From positions 496,001 through 560,000 of the forward strand of contig NW_027117353.1 of the NCBI RefSeq assembly GCF_038025025.1: DNA of 64,000 bases. The letters run 5' to 3'. The translations under genes and the position numbers were made by a program. Position 1 is the stretch's first letter. Every line of letters starts with the position of its first letter. The notes below the pieces were generated by a model. The model searched no databases and was not told where the DNA came from. It saw nothing but the letters and a program-made list of their open reading frames with translations. The stretch is from Phyllosticta citribraziliensis. Lineage: Eukaryota. Of the stretch, positions 25,438 to 39,029 are shown piece after piece.

Positions 25438-27265
25438 CTACACATCCACCCCCTCGAACCCCCCAACATCCTCCCGATAATGCCGCTTCGTCCGCTCAAA
25501 CGCCTCGCGCAAGCACTCCTCCGTCGCCTCGCGCTCCCTCGGCACCAGCCGGACCTTGAAGTCGCGCGGAATGGCCACCAGCGCCGTCTTGAACTGGTTG
25601 TACTCGACGTAGTCGGTCGTCGGCGGCGCCGCCTCGCTGGCCACGATGCGGTACGCGCTGAGGATGCGCAGCAGCGCAGTGTACAGCAGCCGCGACGCGA
25701 TGAACTGGCCCGAGCAGGCGCGCGCGCCGGCGCCGAACGAGTGGTGCGCCGGGCCCGGGGAGACGGGCTTCTCGGAAAAGGGGCCCGTGGCGTTGGACGG
25801 CGTGATGGGATCGAGCCAGCGCTCGGGGTCGAATTTGTTGGCCGTGGGGCCAAAGTGGTCGACGTCTAAGAAACAGTCAGCGAGAAAAGGGGGGTTTGAA
25901 GTTTTGCAGACTTGCCGTGGTTGGCTGCTTGCGCGTTGATCAGAATCATGGTTTTGGGCGGGATGACGGCGCCGTTGTAGTTGACCTCCGTGACTGTCTT
26001 GCGCGGCAGGCTCATGGCGCTCACCGTGTAGTAGCGGCCTGCTTCCTGCACAATGGCTTTGAGGTAGGGCACCTTTTCCTCTCGGTAGCTCTCCTTCCAC
26101 GCGTCTTGGATGTTTGGGTAGTGTCTCTTGATATCCGCATATGCTCTGTCTTGGAAAATCTGCCCTTCGGGAGTCGAAAGAGAACCCAGACAGGACGTTA
26201 AGGTGCCGGGGATGGTCTCGAAGCCGCCCGATACTAGCGACAGACAGATGGAGCTGACTTCGACGCCGCTGAGCTTGGTCTCCTCGTCTTTGAGGATCGC
26301 CGCGGAGATGCACGGCTTGTCAGTGCCATTTTTTATCATTTGCCGAACCTTGTCGAGAAGCTGGTTCAGATAGGCGTCACGGCTAGCCCGTAGCTCCTTG
26401 GAACGGGCATTCTTCTCATTGTTTGGCAGGTAGCGCAGAGCCGGGATGTAGTCTTGGTAGTTTTCCGACGCACTGCGCAGGAGAGAAATGGCCGATCCCA
26501 CGTGCAAGATCTCGCGCAAAAGGTCGTCATACACCTCGTCCATGCGGATCCCATAGCAAAGAGTAAGAGTCGTGTTGAGAGCGTAGCGTTGGATGTAGGG
26601 CCGAACGCTGATTTCGACTTGATCGGCCTTGCTGTCTTTGTGCATATCCCGCACAATGCAAAAGCTTTCCAGGTCGAACATGGGGTAGTAATTTCGCAAT
26701 GCAGGCCGACTCAGAGCAGTTCCGGCAGCTTTTCGCTTGTTTTTGCAGCTGTCATCCCAGGGCGACGAGCCTATCGTGAAACCCTGGGTCGAGGAGATGA
26801 CGCCGTGGAACGTGTAGAGTGTCGGTCGGTCGATGACGGCATTTTGATGTTTGATGAGAATGTTGCGGCAGTCTTCGAATGAGTTGAACACTACCGCTCG
26901 TTTGTTTCCAAGACGGATTTGAAAAACGGGCCACCGGTATCTGTACACAACGATTAGCATCAGTGGTTCCCGAAGATAGGGATACTTACCGTCTCCACCA
27001 TTTTTCGCATATTGTAGCATGATCTTCTCCCAGGTCGAAGAGGTGGCCAACTACGGGCAGCGCTCCAGGAATCTCTGGTATTCCCTTGATGTGTGGTATA
27101 TCTGTATATATTGCAACCTGCAGACCAGTCAGCAGAGCTCTAAATCGATTACTTGCAACGAACCTTGTAAAAGACGTAGCCCACTACAATGACGACACTA
27201 GCAACAAACAAGCACTGAGTAGGCGAAAACCGTGGCCAGTGTGAGAAATCACCTAGAATCTCCAT
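25438..27265 (-). CDS. phacB: Cytochrome P450, CYP504B/PhacB-like 3-hydroxyphenylacetate 6-hydroxylase
   Basis: Exons 27265-27164, 27117-26990, 26940-25916 and 25865-25438. Motifs LGEDHATICEKWW, IDRPTLYTFHGVISSTQGFTIGSSPWD, GGFET, ExxR (EAGR), PERW and heme motif FGAGARAC. The last intron is GC-AG. Confidence 0.85.
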
Positions 27266-27889
27266 GTCGATTGAGTGTCAAGTCAAGCCTGTCACGACCT
27301 TTCAAGATTCTTCAGCTTCTTCAGTTTCTTCATCAGAAGCATGAAGCCGCTGGACTTGAGGCAATGCAGCCATAAGCCGCATCACGTGTGGCCTTGATAA
27401 AGGCGGGGGAGGTTTGATAGGCTAGTGCGTGGGGAGAAGTGGAGGGACGGGCAACGGCAACGGCGGATACGCCCGAGCTGGAGACTGATAAACATCTGGA
27501 GCTTGACTGGACGGGTTGAGTACCACAGATCCAAATAATGAAGAGAGATCAAAAACAATCCATCCTCAATCGAATGCGCTGAAAAGTGGTGCCCGCGAGC
27601 AGTCCAGATGATTTGCACAATGTCTCTGTAAGGTTCCCGAGCGCTGATGGTCGCTACATCTGCAATAGCATGGGAGCCTTGAATCGTCGAATCCGAAGCG
27701 TCGCAATCGAGGGCGATGGATTCCATTGTTGATGGCTGGAGACGGTTCAGCCCAAGCCGTAGACCCTGTTTGGTCGCGGTGCCTTACATAAGTGGCGCTT
27801 AACGCCGAAAGCCCGGCCCAAGCTGCCCCTCCACCACTTCTCCAACTCCATCTCATCCCTACCTCCAACCTCCACCAACCTCAGACAAA

Positions 27890-29362
27890 ATGCCCTCCCC
27901 ACTGTCCGATCCGAATAGCAACCCCAACTCCATCGCCACGCCGGCGGCCCCCTCAGTGTCCGAGAAACAGCCTTCAGCAGCAATCTCGCCCGGATGCGCC
28001 GCCGACAAGCTTCCACGCCTGACGCCGCGAACAAAGAAACCCAATGGCATCTCCAACGCCGCAGCCCCATCAACCGCCAACCCCTCGCCCATCCCCGCGC
28101 CCGTAACGCCAGCGCTGCCCAACCCGCTGCGGCCAGGGCCCTCGCACAGCTTTGTCTCGCCCACGAGGCGCATCCTGTCGGCACGCGACCACGCGCTCTT
28201 CCAAGCCTCGCCGACGCACAGCCTCCTGGTCGCCTTCATTTTCTCACTGTCCGAGTCGGTGGCGCATACGCGGACGCGAGCGGTGGCAGGGCGCCCGCGT
28301 AGCGCACTGCACCCGGCGGTCGCAGGCATACTGAGCGTGCTCGAGACGATCGAAGATGAGGGGCTGGCGGCGCATCCGGCCGACGACAACGGCGGCAGCC
28401 GCTTCGGCAACCCGGCGTTCCGCGGCTTCGTCGACGGCATCGTGGCGCGCATGAGCGAGTGGCATGGGCGCGTGGGCGTCAGGGACCCGGCGGCCGTGGC
28501 CGAGTGCGCGGCGTACCTGCGGCAAGCATTTGGCAGCCGCGCGCGCATCGACTACGGCAGCGGACACGAGCTGAACTTCTGGGTGTGGGTGCTGTGTCTG
28601 TACCAACTGGGCCTGTTCCCGATGCCGTCAAACAAGGAGAGCAAGAACGACAGCAGCGAGGAGCCCGACGAGGGCACCGCCGTAGCGCAGTCCCTCGTCC
28701 TCGTCGTCTTCCCCACATACCTCCGGCTCATGCGCAAGATCCAAACGACATACTACCTCGAGCCGGCGGGCTCGCACGGCGTGTGGGGCCTGGACGACTA
28801 CCAATTCCTGCCGTTCCTCTTCGGGGCCTCGCAGCTGCTGGCGCACGCCTACATCCGGCCCAAGTCGATCCACTCGGCGCTGGCGCTGGAGGAGGGCGCG
28901 CCCGACTTCCTGTACCTCGACCAGGTGGCCTTTGTCAACAGCGTCAAGAGCGTCGAGGGCCTGCGCTGGCACAGCCCCATGCTCGACGACATCTCGGCCG
29001 CCCGCAGCTGGGACAAGATCGAGGCCGGCATGCGCAAGATGTTTGTCAACGAGGTCCTCGGCAAGCTGCCCGTCATGCAGCACTTCATGTTCGGCTCGCT
29101 CGTCCCCGCCGCCGACGGCATGAGCGCTGGCGACGAGGGCGAGGACGCCGCCGAGGAGCGCGTCGCCAGCGGCGAGGCCGCCGACTCGGACGAGGGCCGC
29201 GTCGTTGTCCACGACGACCAGGACGGCGTCAGACACGTCCATCAAGCGAGCAGCTGGGGCGACTGCTGCGGGATCCGCGTGCCGAGCAGCGCGGGCGCCG
29301 TGGGCGAGATGAAGAAGCGGATGGGCACGCAAGGGGGGCTGCGGCGGCTGCCATTCGATTAG
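27890..29362 (+). CDS. RRD2: PP2A phosphatase activator (PTPA), Rrd2/Ypa2-type
   Basis: SRFGN, RIDYGSGHELNF, YYLEPAGSHGVWGLDDY, EVLGKLPVMQHF, and the C-terminal WGDCCGI typical of Rrd2. Confidence 0.9.
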   Translation: MPSPLSDPNSNPNSIATPAAPSVSEKQPSAAISPGCAADKLPRLTPRTKKPNGISNAAAPSTANPSPIPAPVTPALPNPLRPGPSHSFVSPTRRILSARDHALFQASPTHSLLVAFIFSLSESVAHTRTRAVAGRPRSALHPAVAGILSVLETIEDEGLAAHPADDNGGSRFGNPAFRGFVDGIVARMSEWHGRVGVRDPAAVAECAAYLRQAFGSRARIDYGSGHELNFWVWVLCLYQLGLFPMPSNKESKNDSSEEPDEGTAVAQSLVLVVFPTYLRLMRKIQTTYYLEPAGSHGVWGLDDYQFLPFLFGASQLLAHAYIRPKSIHSALALEEGAPDFLYLDQVAFVNSVKSVEGLRWHSPMLDDISAARSWDKIEAGMRKMFVNEVLGKLPVMQHFMFGSLVPAADGMSAGDEGEDAAEERVASGEAADSDEGRVVVHDDQDGVRHVHQASSWGDCCGIRVPSSAGAVGEMKKRMGTQGGLRRLPFD

Positions 29363-29594
29363 GGGCGCAGAAGCAGAAATGAAAAAAAGAAGTCGAGCGT
29401 TCATGAAACACGCAGACAATCCATTGTTGTCGGCGAGAGAGCGTCGATGCAGATGCTATATGTCACGCCCTATGCCGCTCACACGCGTTCCCTTCTGCTA
29501 GTAAACTCCATCGTACAGTCTCAGTCCTTTCGCGGATATCGCATCAAGAGCCTCGCTCCTCCTTCCATCCCACACCCATCGCACCACAGCACAC

Positions 29595-30337
29595 TCACTT
29601 CGCCAGCTCGGCCTCCACAACCTCCTTGAGACTCTCCGGCTTGGTCGTGCTAGCCCAGCGCCCCTTGACCTGGCCGTCCCTGCCGACCAAAAACTTCTCA
29701 AAATTCCACTTGACGCGCTTCAGGCCCATCAAGCCAGGGTACTCCTTCTTGAGCCACTCCCACAGCGGGTCGGCCTTGTCGCCGTTCACGTCGACCTTGG
29801 CGAGCACGGGGAACGTGACGCCGTAGTTGACCTGGCAGAAGGACTGGATGTCGTCGTTGGAGCCCGGGTCCTGGTTGCCGAACTGGTTGCAGGGGAAGCC
29901 GAGGACGACGAAGTCGGAGCCGCGCGGGTGCGACGAGGACACGGTCTTGTAGAGCGACTCGAGCGACGCGAATTGCGGCGTGAAGCCGCACTTGGAGGCC
30001 GTGTTGACGATGAGGATGACTTTGTTTTTGAGCTGCGAGAGGTCGAAGGGCTGGCCGCGCTCTGGGGGATGTGTTAGTTTGTGTGTGTTGGGGCGTGGTG
30101 TGGTGGTGGTGGTTGTGGTTGTGATTGTGGTGGGCGTGCGATGGCATCATCGTGCGTCAGCGTTGGCTGCGCGTGGCAGAGCGGAGCAGAGCAGAGCAGA
30201 GCGTCTTGGTCGGCAGCAGCAAGGACTACGAGCAGAGAAGACGACAAGGGAATCTAGCGCTGTGGCAAAAACAAGAAAGAGAGCAAGCACTCACTGTCCA
30301 GCGGCTTAAAGTCGTAGAAGCTCGTCGCAGAAGCCAT
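29595..30337 (-). CDS. HYR1: Cys-type glutathione/thioredoxin peroxidase (Hyr1/Gpx3-like)
   Basis: Exons 30337-30295 and 30061-29595. Motifs VNTASKCGFTPQ (TGC Cys, not Sec), LGFPCNQFG and KWNFEKFLV. An in-frame upstream ATG lies at 30895. Confidence 0.92.
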
Positions 30338-33096
30338 GGCGGAGGTGGACGAAGCGTGGAAAAGTCGTGTCGACGAGTGGCGGCGTAGATGGAAGGTCGA
30401 GCGAGTAGAAGGCGAAGAGGTGGAGGAGGGGAAGAAAATGGTGGGTGTAGTCGCAGGAACAAGGCTCCTTGTAAGATGACGACTCGGAGCAGGATCAGGA
30501 TGCACAATCGTCGGCGTCGGCGCAGCAGCAGCAGCAGCAGCAGTAGTGGCGGCGGGTCGCAGCAACAGCAGCAGATGTCCAAGCCGTCGATGATTGGTCC
30601 GTGCCGCTGCAATAGCCGAGGAACTTGAACCTGGATAGCAGCGATAATAACGATGGTGATGATGACGACTCTGACTAGCAGGACCACCGGCAGTCGTCTT
30701 TTTATTACGGTCGCCTCCTGCCCTCCTGGTCTGGAGATATGGTGCCGTCGTGTCGTCCGACGAATTGCGTCTTGGATGCTTGTCAGCGCTGCTGCTGCTG
30801 CTCGTGCTGAAGCCCGCCGCGGCCCGCAGCGAGCTTGTTGCTCCTCCTGGCAGTAGCTTCGAACGCCCTGCTGCTGCTCTCTTCACCATCATCATGGCCG
30901 TGGTCAGGTGCTCGCGAGACGTCTTGTCTGTGTCTGTCTGTCGTCGTGGCTGTCTTCGATCGAACACGGTCGGTTTTGGTGTGGCGCAGCGCAGCAACTC
31001 GATTACTGATGCCTCCCGCACCCCACGTTGGTAGTCGACGAATGAATCGAGTGGACGACAGATGCCGTGATCCCAACGTTCTGGCCCTGTCCGGTGTTCG
31101 CGCGACGAGTGGAGAGGTTAACCGCGTTCGTGGGTGATGTCTGGGTGGGTGCGTGTTTGGCACGGAAGCAGGGCAGATCCGACCCGTCCACTCCGCCCAC
31201 TCCGCCAACAACAACAAAGCCCACTTCTCACTCGTCCGTAAGTCTCGTGGCCGCCGTGACCACAATCAACGGGCCAACCTGGGGATGGATGCCCTCGGGT
31301 CGTTCGTTCTCGATGCAGACGCCGGTCCGAGCGGCCGACGACTCGCGCTGTCGATCGGCCCGTCGTCCGTTCGCTGGGTGGGTGCGTGGGTGCGTTCGTA
31401 GGTCGGGTTCACTTCAGCGGGATGGATGGGTGCTTTAGTCAGCGGCGCGAGGTCGAGGCTGCTCTGCTTGGTGGTACGACTCTACCCGTAGCTTTGGGTG
31501 ATGCCGGAGAGACAGCAGAAAGGGCAGCTGCAAGACCGTTAGAGTGATGTGCCCAACGCCGCGCGCGGTGCGGTGCGTTCGGCCGTTGGCGGCGGCGCGG
31601 AGGCGTGTGTGGCTGGCTCGCGGTGCTCCGCCGGCGAATCGGCGTCTTTGCATGCTGAAGAGTCAGGTCGAACGACCGAATGGTCCGTAGGCACAGTAGC
31701 GCAACAACAAGTGTAAAGCGTCAAGCGCACAGAAGGAGGAGGACGGATGCGAGAGGCAGAGAGACGGTTTGACGTGAGGAGACAAGGCAGAATGAGAAAC
31801 CTTCTTGACGCACGCCCAAAACGCTAATCCAACCTCAACCTCAACCTCAACCGCCAGCGAGCGCGCGAGCACGAGCACTTGGGCTGGGCGGGCGGCCCTC
31901 TGCTGTCTACTTTCTGCCAGTTCACCCATTTTGCCTTCGTCTTGGAGCGCTCGTTTGCTGAATCGTTCACTCACATGTCTCCGAGTGGGCATGGTGTAGA
32001 GCCAACTATACTCCATTTCTAACCAACTCTAAGCCAAACCCTCCCAATAAAAGAACAAGGTCATCCAATCTGTGTACGTGTATGTGTATATGCGAGTGCG
32101 ACGCGAAAAACAATCTCAAACCCAGAAGCAAAGAAAAATTCAATCTGTCCTCCAATCCTCTTCCCTCTCTCGCCTCGCCGGCCACGACGAGTCGCGGCGC
32201 GGCAACGAGCGAGCGACGCGGTGTGAACGGCGCCACTCCGTATTGCTCGCGCGCTGGGGAGCCAGTCGCCTCGTCACCCAGCGTACGCCGCTGCTTCTAT
32301 GTATGCTTCTTCGTCTGCAGCGTCTTCACTCAGGCACATTACCGCCTCTTCTCCTCCCGTCTTCCTGCTGCTCCTCTCTTCTTCCAGTACAGCTGTCTCC
32401 TGTCTTACTCCTAAGACAAACAGATCAACCGCACGTCTGCCTGCCTCGGGTGGTTAGACAAATATATGAACGATCGAATGGGCCATCATCGTCATGGTCA
32501 AAGGGTGCCGCGGCCGCGGCCAGTCAGCCGGTCCAAGCAAGCTCCTGCGAGCAATGCCGCCGTGCTTGACTGACTCGTCTAGCCGTACAGGGCTGGCGGC
32601 GCATCAGGAGGCGCACGCGCCTTTTGTGTTGCGCCGTGCCAGCCGTTACGAACAATGGGCTCAGGGGTGGTGGTCCAGGTGCGTCCGGTCCCGGGTCCTG
32701 AGGGGGGATTCCATCGTGGCCGGTTGCGTGATGCCGGTTGGCAAGCCAGAGTCCAAGGGAGACAACGCAGCAACGAGGACCAGGCAGCCGTCCGCCCATG
32801 GCAGTTGGCGCAACCCCTGAGATTGTGAATTGATGTGTGGGCGTGGTGGGGTAGGAACGGGTGAGGGGTGGGGTGGGGTAGGTGGGTAAAAAGAAAGGGA
32901 AGCAAGCGCATGGACGAAAGCCATGACGCTTGGCTTGTTGTCCAGTCCAGTCCAGGGAGTCATGTCCGGGAGTCCGAGGAAGAGCGTGCAGCGCATGGTT
33001 GGTGTCATTCAGTCATTACGGAAAAGAGCGTCTGTCTGCGTGTTAGCGCTGTCATTTAGAAGTATGAGCAGTCGACGTACGTCCGATGTGATGCCT

Positions 33097-34870
33097 TCAG
33101 CCCATCTCAGTCAGACGGGCGACAACCTGCTTGAGAGCAGTGGCATCGTCGATGAGCTGCTGGTGGCTATCGGCATCCTTTGGTTCCGTGAGCGTGCGCA
33201 TGCGCTGGTTCATGACGGCCAGCCGTTCAGCCCACTCGTTGCGCAGGCGTTCCTTTTCCTGGTCGCGCTGGCGCGCCGTGTTGTTTTGCTTGAAGACGGC
33301 GCTCTTGATTCGCTTGTCGGAAATGTCGATCGAGTTGGTCGACTTGCGCTTGCGGCTGATGGGCCGCTTGGCGGCTTGCCCGCGCGGAGACCCGGGCGCG
33401 CTCTGAGTTGGCGTCGTGTAGTCGTGGACTCGCTTCATGTGGTCGTATAGGTTGTAGCGACGGGGAAATCCATTGCCTGGGATTGCCCGCTCGCAGTCGG
33501 CGTACGCACAGAGGTGGGGCTTGGAGCCGTGGCCATGCATGCCGTGAGCCTCGCGCTCATGACGCAAAAGGCATGCGGTGGACGAAAACTCGACGTTGAT
33601 GCAAGAAGTAATCTTGCAGCGGAAAGGCTTCAAATGCGAGTCGACGTACTTGTCGTAGTTGCACTTGAGCTTGGTCGGCTTGTGGGTGCAGTTGGCCTGG
33701 CCTTCATACGGGCAGTGATACATGTCATCTGCCTGAGGAGCGGCTTGGTAAAGAGGATGAGTGCGAGCAAGCTTGACCTCAGCCTCCTCACTCGCCCTGT
33801 TGCCGCTGTAGTCGCCGTCATCGCTTCCCATCTCATCGGATGCAATGTTAGTAGTAATCATGTCTGGAGGCGTCGTCGCCAGCATGTGCTCATTCCTGAC
33901 ATCAAAATCAGCTCTGCGCAAACCACCGTGCACACCACTCGGAGCATACCCGACCATGCCCACAAAGCCTGGCTCTTCTCCAAACTCGGAGCCGGCTGGG
34001 AACATGGAAAACTGAGTGCTCATAACGGTCGACGACGGGGAAAGAACGTCTGATGATTCGAAGCGCTTCGTGTCGGACACGGCCCGCTGAAGGCTGGGTC
34101 GGTGCATGTCGGCAGGGGCCGCAGTGGTGGGCTGCTCGAAGCGTGCTCGCCTTTGATCGGGCATGTTGTGCGAGTCGCTAATCATGCTGTCGATGCCAAA
34201 GGAGGAGTAGCTGGAAAAGATGGGCTGAGACACAGTGCGACCGTGGTACGACTGGTGACGCGGCGCAAAAGTCGCCTCGACCGGTCCAGCGGCAAAGGGT
34301 GCACTGTAGTTGGGCATCTCAGCGCTGCTCCAGCCGGCCTGGCCGTTGGGCATTTGCGTCCTCATGTTGTAGTCAGTCGGCGAGACGGACTGGCCGTGGC
34401 CAAAGTTAGCAAAGTCCGACATTCTAAAGTTGCCGTCTCCATTGTCGGATCCGGCGGCGGCAGGCAACATCATGTTGCCCATGTCTGGTTGACCTCCATG
34501 GAATGCTCCTCGGTTGTCCACTCCCAGGGTTGGGGAGTAAAGGTTGGATCCTTGGAATGGCTCCATAATCTGGGTTCTGGCATCCTGTGGCAGTTGGAAC
34601 GAGTTGTTGTCCTTGACACTCTTTTTTCTGCCCGTGTCGGGCTGGCTCATGTATGCGCTGTCGTCCATGCTGGACGAGATGGAGGCTTCGTCGTCTTTGG
34701 GAAAGTGAAGGAAATTCCGAGCCATGGTGTTTAGCTCCTCCTGGTTTCCCGTGGAAAAAAGGTCACTTCCAGAAAAGTGAGTGCCCGAAACGGACTGAGT
34801 CCAAAGCGCAACGTCCACGGGGGCGGTCAGGGAAAAGTCTCCAGGCGTAGAATCACACTCAGCAAAGTCA
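33097..34870 (-). CDS. Fungal C2H2 zinc-finger transcription factor; 5' exon uncertain
   Basis: YHCPYEGQANCTHKPTKLKCNYDKYVDSHLKPFRC...FSSTACLLRHEREAH...C.ERAIPGNGFPRRYNLYDHMKRVH. An acceptor (TACTGAC...TTACAG) ends at 34871; an in-phase candidate donor at 35220 would link to ORF 35217-35717. Confidence 0.8.
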
Positions 34871-37800
34871 CTGTAATGGTCGAGTCAGTACATGACCGGA
34901 TGTCAAACAAACACAACACTTGGATAAAGCAAAACAAAACGCCAGGTCAATCAGCCAGGAGTAAGCACAGAAGAAGCCTGGCGGGTGGTCAGTCAACATC
35001 GAGTTGGCAGGACAAGTCAAACAAACCAGTGGTGGAGCGTTGGAAGCAGGATGATCCAGGGAAAGAAGTCAACACCAGCAGGCAGAGCTCCGAAAGTCGA
35101 CTTGGCCGTGTCACCATTGCGCAGCAAGATGGTTGCAAACCAGCGCAGTCCAATGGAATGGCATGAAATGGTTCCAGATACACTGGGCAACTTGTGACAA
35201 ACACATCACGCAAGCTTTACGACACAAGGCAAGTCAGTTCGTGATCGAGCAAGAGAAGTGGCGCAGCTTGGAGGCACCACCTGCCGAACGGGTACGTACT
35301 AGTGAGGTCTGGCGACCTTTCCAAATATAATCCAAGGAATGAATCCATGTGGCTGTGGCCTGACAAACGGGAGAGGTTTCCATGAAGTGAACAAGAAAAA
35401 TCCAGACTGGAATCCGTGGGGTGATGATCCACTGCGGGCGCAGGTACTCTTACACGCTCAGACGATTCATTGCATCCGAGGTGTAGGTCGCGTCGACGTC
35501 TTTCGATGAACTCTACGTTGTGCAGAGCATCAATCGTGACCTTAGAGGTCATGGTCGCTACAATTACGAGTCCTGGAAAATCCACAAACGACAATCCGGA
35601 AACCAACGGAAAAGGCGATCCGTCGTAAAAGTCTAGGCTGCCATCGCCCGAGCCTGTCGAAATGCCGTCGAGAAAGTCAAAACCATGTGACGGATCGGCC
35701 TGATAGCCAGAGCGCACATAGACAGGGCGACAAGATACGATCCGGCAGTGTTGTTCCAGTGGAGAAATTGATAAACATCCGTGGTGGCCAACAAGGAAAC
35801 AATCCGGGTCCTAAATTTTGGTCCAGGGACTCCAAGGCTTCGCACCGGCTGAGACTCCATGTGGCTACAAACCTTATTTTGGCATGAAACAAAACGTCCA
35901 AACATCAAAGATTTTTGCATGCCAAAAGACAATTGAACAGTGGAAAGGAAACAGAAACAAAGGGGACCATCTGGAAAGTACCTGGTGTGGGCTCCTCGTT
36001 CGCGGCTGCGATTTTGCATTATGAGAAGAACGGAGACCTGCTCACTGGGGGATCCAGATTTTCTTGAGAGCACTCTCGTTCTTCGGCAGGTGTAGCAATG
36101 ATACTCGGTGGAGGAAGAAGAGGTCAGCAGTGATTGCGATTCGGAATCGAAGAATCTGCGCGAGCAAAGAGAAGAAGGGTAAAACGACGTGAAAGTGACG
36201 CGGGGGGAAGAGAGTAAAAAAGGCGCTGGGGGCCGCGAGGCTGGGGGGTCTGGAGGGCGGGCGGGAGCAGGGAAGGGTGCGTCGGTCATGCGGCGGTGGA
36301 GAAGGACGTCAAGCCAGCAGTGTGCTTTGGCAAGGATGATGCAGGAAAAAGCCGGCGGGGGCGGCGAGCGTGTTGTTAAGAATGGCCAGCGGGAGAAACC
36401 CTCACCGACCCGCCCGCAACAGACAGACGAGAGATTGCCGTACAACTCTGTCACACCAGCGCCCCGACCAATGATTGACGTGTCGCTGCGCCCTCTGAGA
36501 AAAGCAACGCTCTTCTCAAGCTGCGGCCAAGGGCGTCTCAGCTGGCGCAGGCGGGCCCTCCTGGAGCTCTCGCATTGACCGTGCGTCGTCGACACTCATG
36601 TCAATCCGCATGGCCGGCCTCGTTCTCGTCTGACGCCTGCTTACCCGCTCGCCAAAATGCCAAAATAATGCGCTGTAAGTTGTGACGGCTGCGAGGGGCG
36701 CGCAGCTGGCCAGTCAACCGCCCGTCCTGCCCTGTGACACCGCAGCGTGCGCGCATTACCCGTCGACGTGGCACAGCTCGACGACGTCAATCTGCCCGCT
36801 GCCGGTGGAAAAAACAAGAACAACTTTTTTTCTTTCTCGGTTGTCCCGTGCGGTGCCCTGAACTTGGAACGGCCATCCCAGTAGCATTTGCTGCGGGAGG
36901 CGGGTACCAAGCGACTAGTGTCGAGTTCATATCCCGGCATGGCCGTTCGCTGTCCGGTACGCAGCGCTTCGCAGCCCCCAAGCTGTTTTGACAAAAATAA
37001 AAAAGAAGCGAGCGACAGGAGATGGTGGGAATGGTGGCTGGTTACTGTCACACCAGCCCGTGCTCGCCATATGGCCGATCAACATGAAGAAGGAGATTGT
37101 GTCATGGGCGTCCGCACATTCGGGAGCGGTCCACTGCCTTCCCGAGCTCCGCTTTCAGGGCGGGTAGTGCCATCGTGCAGCCTTTGCGACTGTTCCTGAC
37201 GCCTTCACGTGGAATGGCAACCAAAAGCCAGCCACCAGAGCTGCACTCCAACATCAACAAGACTGGCGCGGGGCCGTTGATCCTGGCAGATGGGCCGCTT
37301 CCGCGAAGATGGTTTGACGCCGGGCCAACCACCACTTGTCCGTCGACGGAAACATTATCCATAGGGCTCAACCATGGACGGACAACCCTGGAGGACGGAA
37401 ATCTCGACCAGCAGATCTGCCGCCGTGAGGATAGTCCTGTCGAGCTGAATCATTCAAATAAGATGAAACCGTGAGCCATCCTTGTTTGCCGGCAGACTCG
37501 ACCTGGAGAAGGGAAGAGGCCAAGCCGGATGGTGCTCCGGCGCTGGGGTGGCAACGTCGCTGCCCAACGTCAGTCATCCTGGCCGAGCACTGGACCGAAG
37601 CGTCAACAAACACAGGGGACCCTTTTGGCCGTCCCCTCTCGCTTCGGCCCTGTTTAGCAACCGCGCAAACATCGTCTCAGTTTGAATGGAGGCCCTTGGC
37701 GGGAGGAGGCTGGCAAAGTCCGCTGGTGGCAGCGGGACCAGCGTTTGATGAACCCGACGCGCGCCGGCCCTTAGAGCGCGGCCATATTGCAGCGGGAACC

Positions 37801-38130
37801 CTGGAATTGCCGTCCAGCAGCGAGGAACGAGCAGACGACCGTCGCTGCGCAATCAATCTGGCGGTACGAGTAGAGGTAATGCAGCTGGCGAGGGTGGCGA
37901 GCAAAGACCAAAGCTCGGAATGAGTTGCGAAAGCATGGCGGGCATGGAAATGAAGACGAGACGTCGACAATGCTGCGTGTAACACAGGTCGCCCGTCGGC
38001 AGGCACGCCCGTCTCGTCACGTGCAGTAGCGGCCCGCGTTTCCGCCGCTGCGGGACCGCGCTCCGCCGCACCTAAATCCACGGACCACATCGACGACATC
38101 TCTACTCCACCGGCACTCCACGACCATACC

Positions 38131-39029
38131 ATGGCCAGAACGCAAGCTCTCCCCGCACATCAGCCAGACGCAACCGCCATTAGCCTGGCACGCCTGCTCG
38201 ACCGCCTGGAGCGCTCGCTGCTGTCCGCCGACGCCGACCCCCAGCTCCGGTCCTCGAGCCACGCACGCACCAAAGTCGGCGCTGTAGGTAAACTACACCG
38301 TGGCTTTCGACGGGCCCCGGCTATTCTCTGACACCCGCACAGAATCTCGAGCATGCGCGGTCGCTACTCCTCCGCCTCGAGCATGACACGGCTGCCATCA
38401 AGATCGGCTCGCGCCGCCAGGCCCAGCAGGACGACCTGCAGGCCAAGCGCGAGCTCATCAAGCGGCTAAACACGCGTCTGTACGAGCTCAACCAGCTCGA
38501 AGACGAAGACGACGACGATGACGACGACGAAGAAGAAGTAGACGAGGGCGCTCCCTCTGACCTGCCCCCCTCCAGCACAACACAAGCCGACTCGACGCTG
38601 CGCTCGCGACGCCCGCAACAGTCAACCGGCACAGCGCACGACACGGCCAAATCAACATCGCTCTTCACGCCCGCACCCTCCCAACCCGCCGACCCGCGCC
38701 TCGAGAAATCAGAAACCCTCCTCTCCCACCACCGCTCCGAGCAAGAGTCCCTCACCGCCTCGCTGCTGAACATGGCGCAGTCGCTGCGCGAGTCGTCGCT
38801 GCGCTTCAGCTCCTCGCTAGACGCCGAAAAGGACGTCCTCGACCGCGCCGGCAAGGGCTTGGATCGCGGGAGCGAGGGCATGCAGGCCGCCGGCCAGCGC
38901 ATGGGCACGCTGCGGCGCATGACCGAGGGCAAGGGCTGGTGGGCGCGCGTGCAGCTGTACGGCTTCATTGGCGGCCTATGGCTGGCGTGCTTGGTCGTCA
39001 TGTTCGTGATGCCAAAATTGAGATTTTGA
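38131..39029 (+). CDS. USE1: ER Qc-SNARE Use1/Slt1
   Basis: Exons 38131-38283 and 38343-39029. N-terminal LARLLDRLE..NLEHARSLLLRLE, SNARE motif HRSEQESLTASLLNMAQSLRESS...EKDVLD, C-terminal TM ending PKLRF. Confidence 0.8.

Noticed and set aside
28459..29419. Long overlapping and antisense ORFs over RRD2 (similarly over the DUF6601-like gene and SREBP)
   Set aside because: Shadow ORFs caused by high GC3 codon bias.
29985..29995. Selenocysteine in the glutathione peroxidase
   Set aside because: The active-site codon is TGC (Cys).
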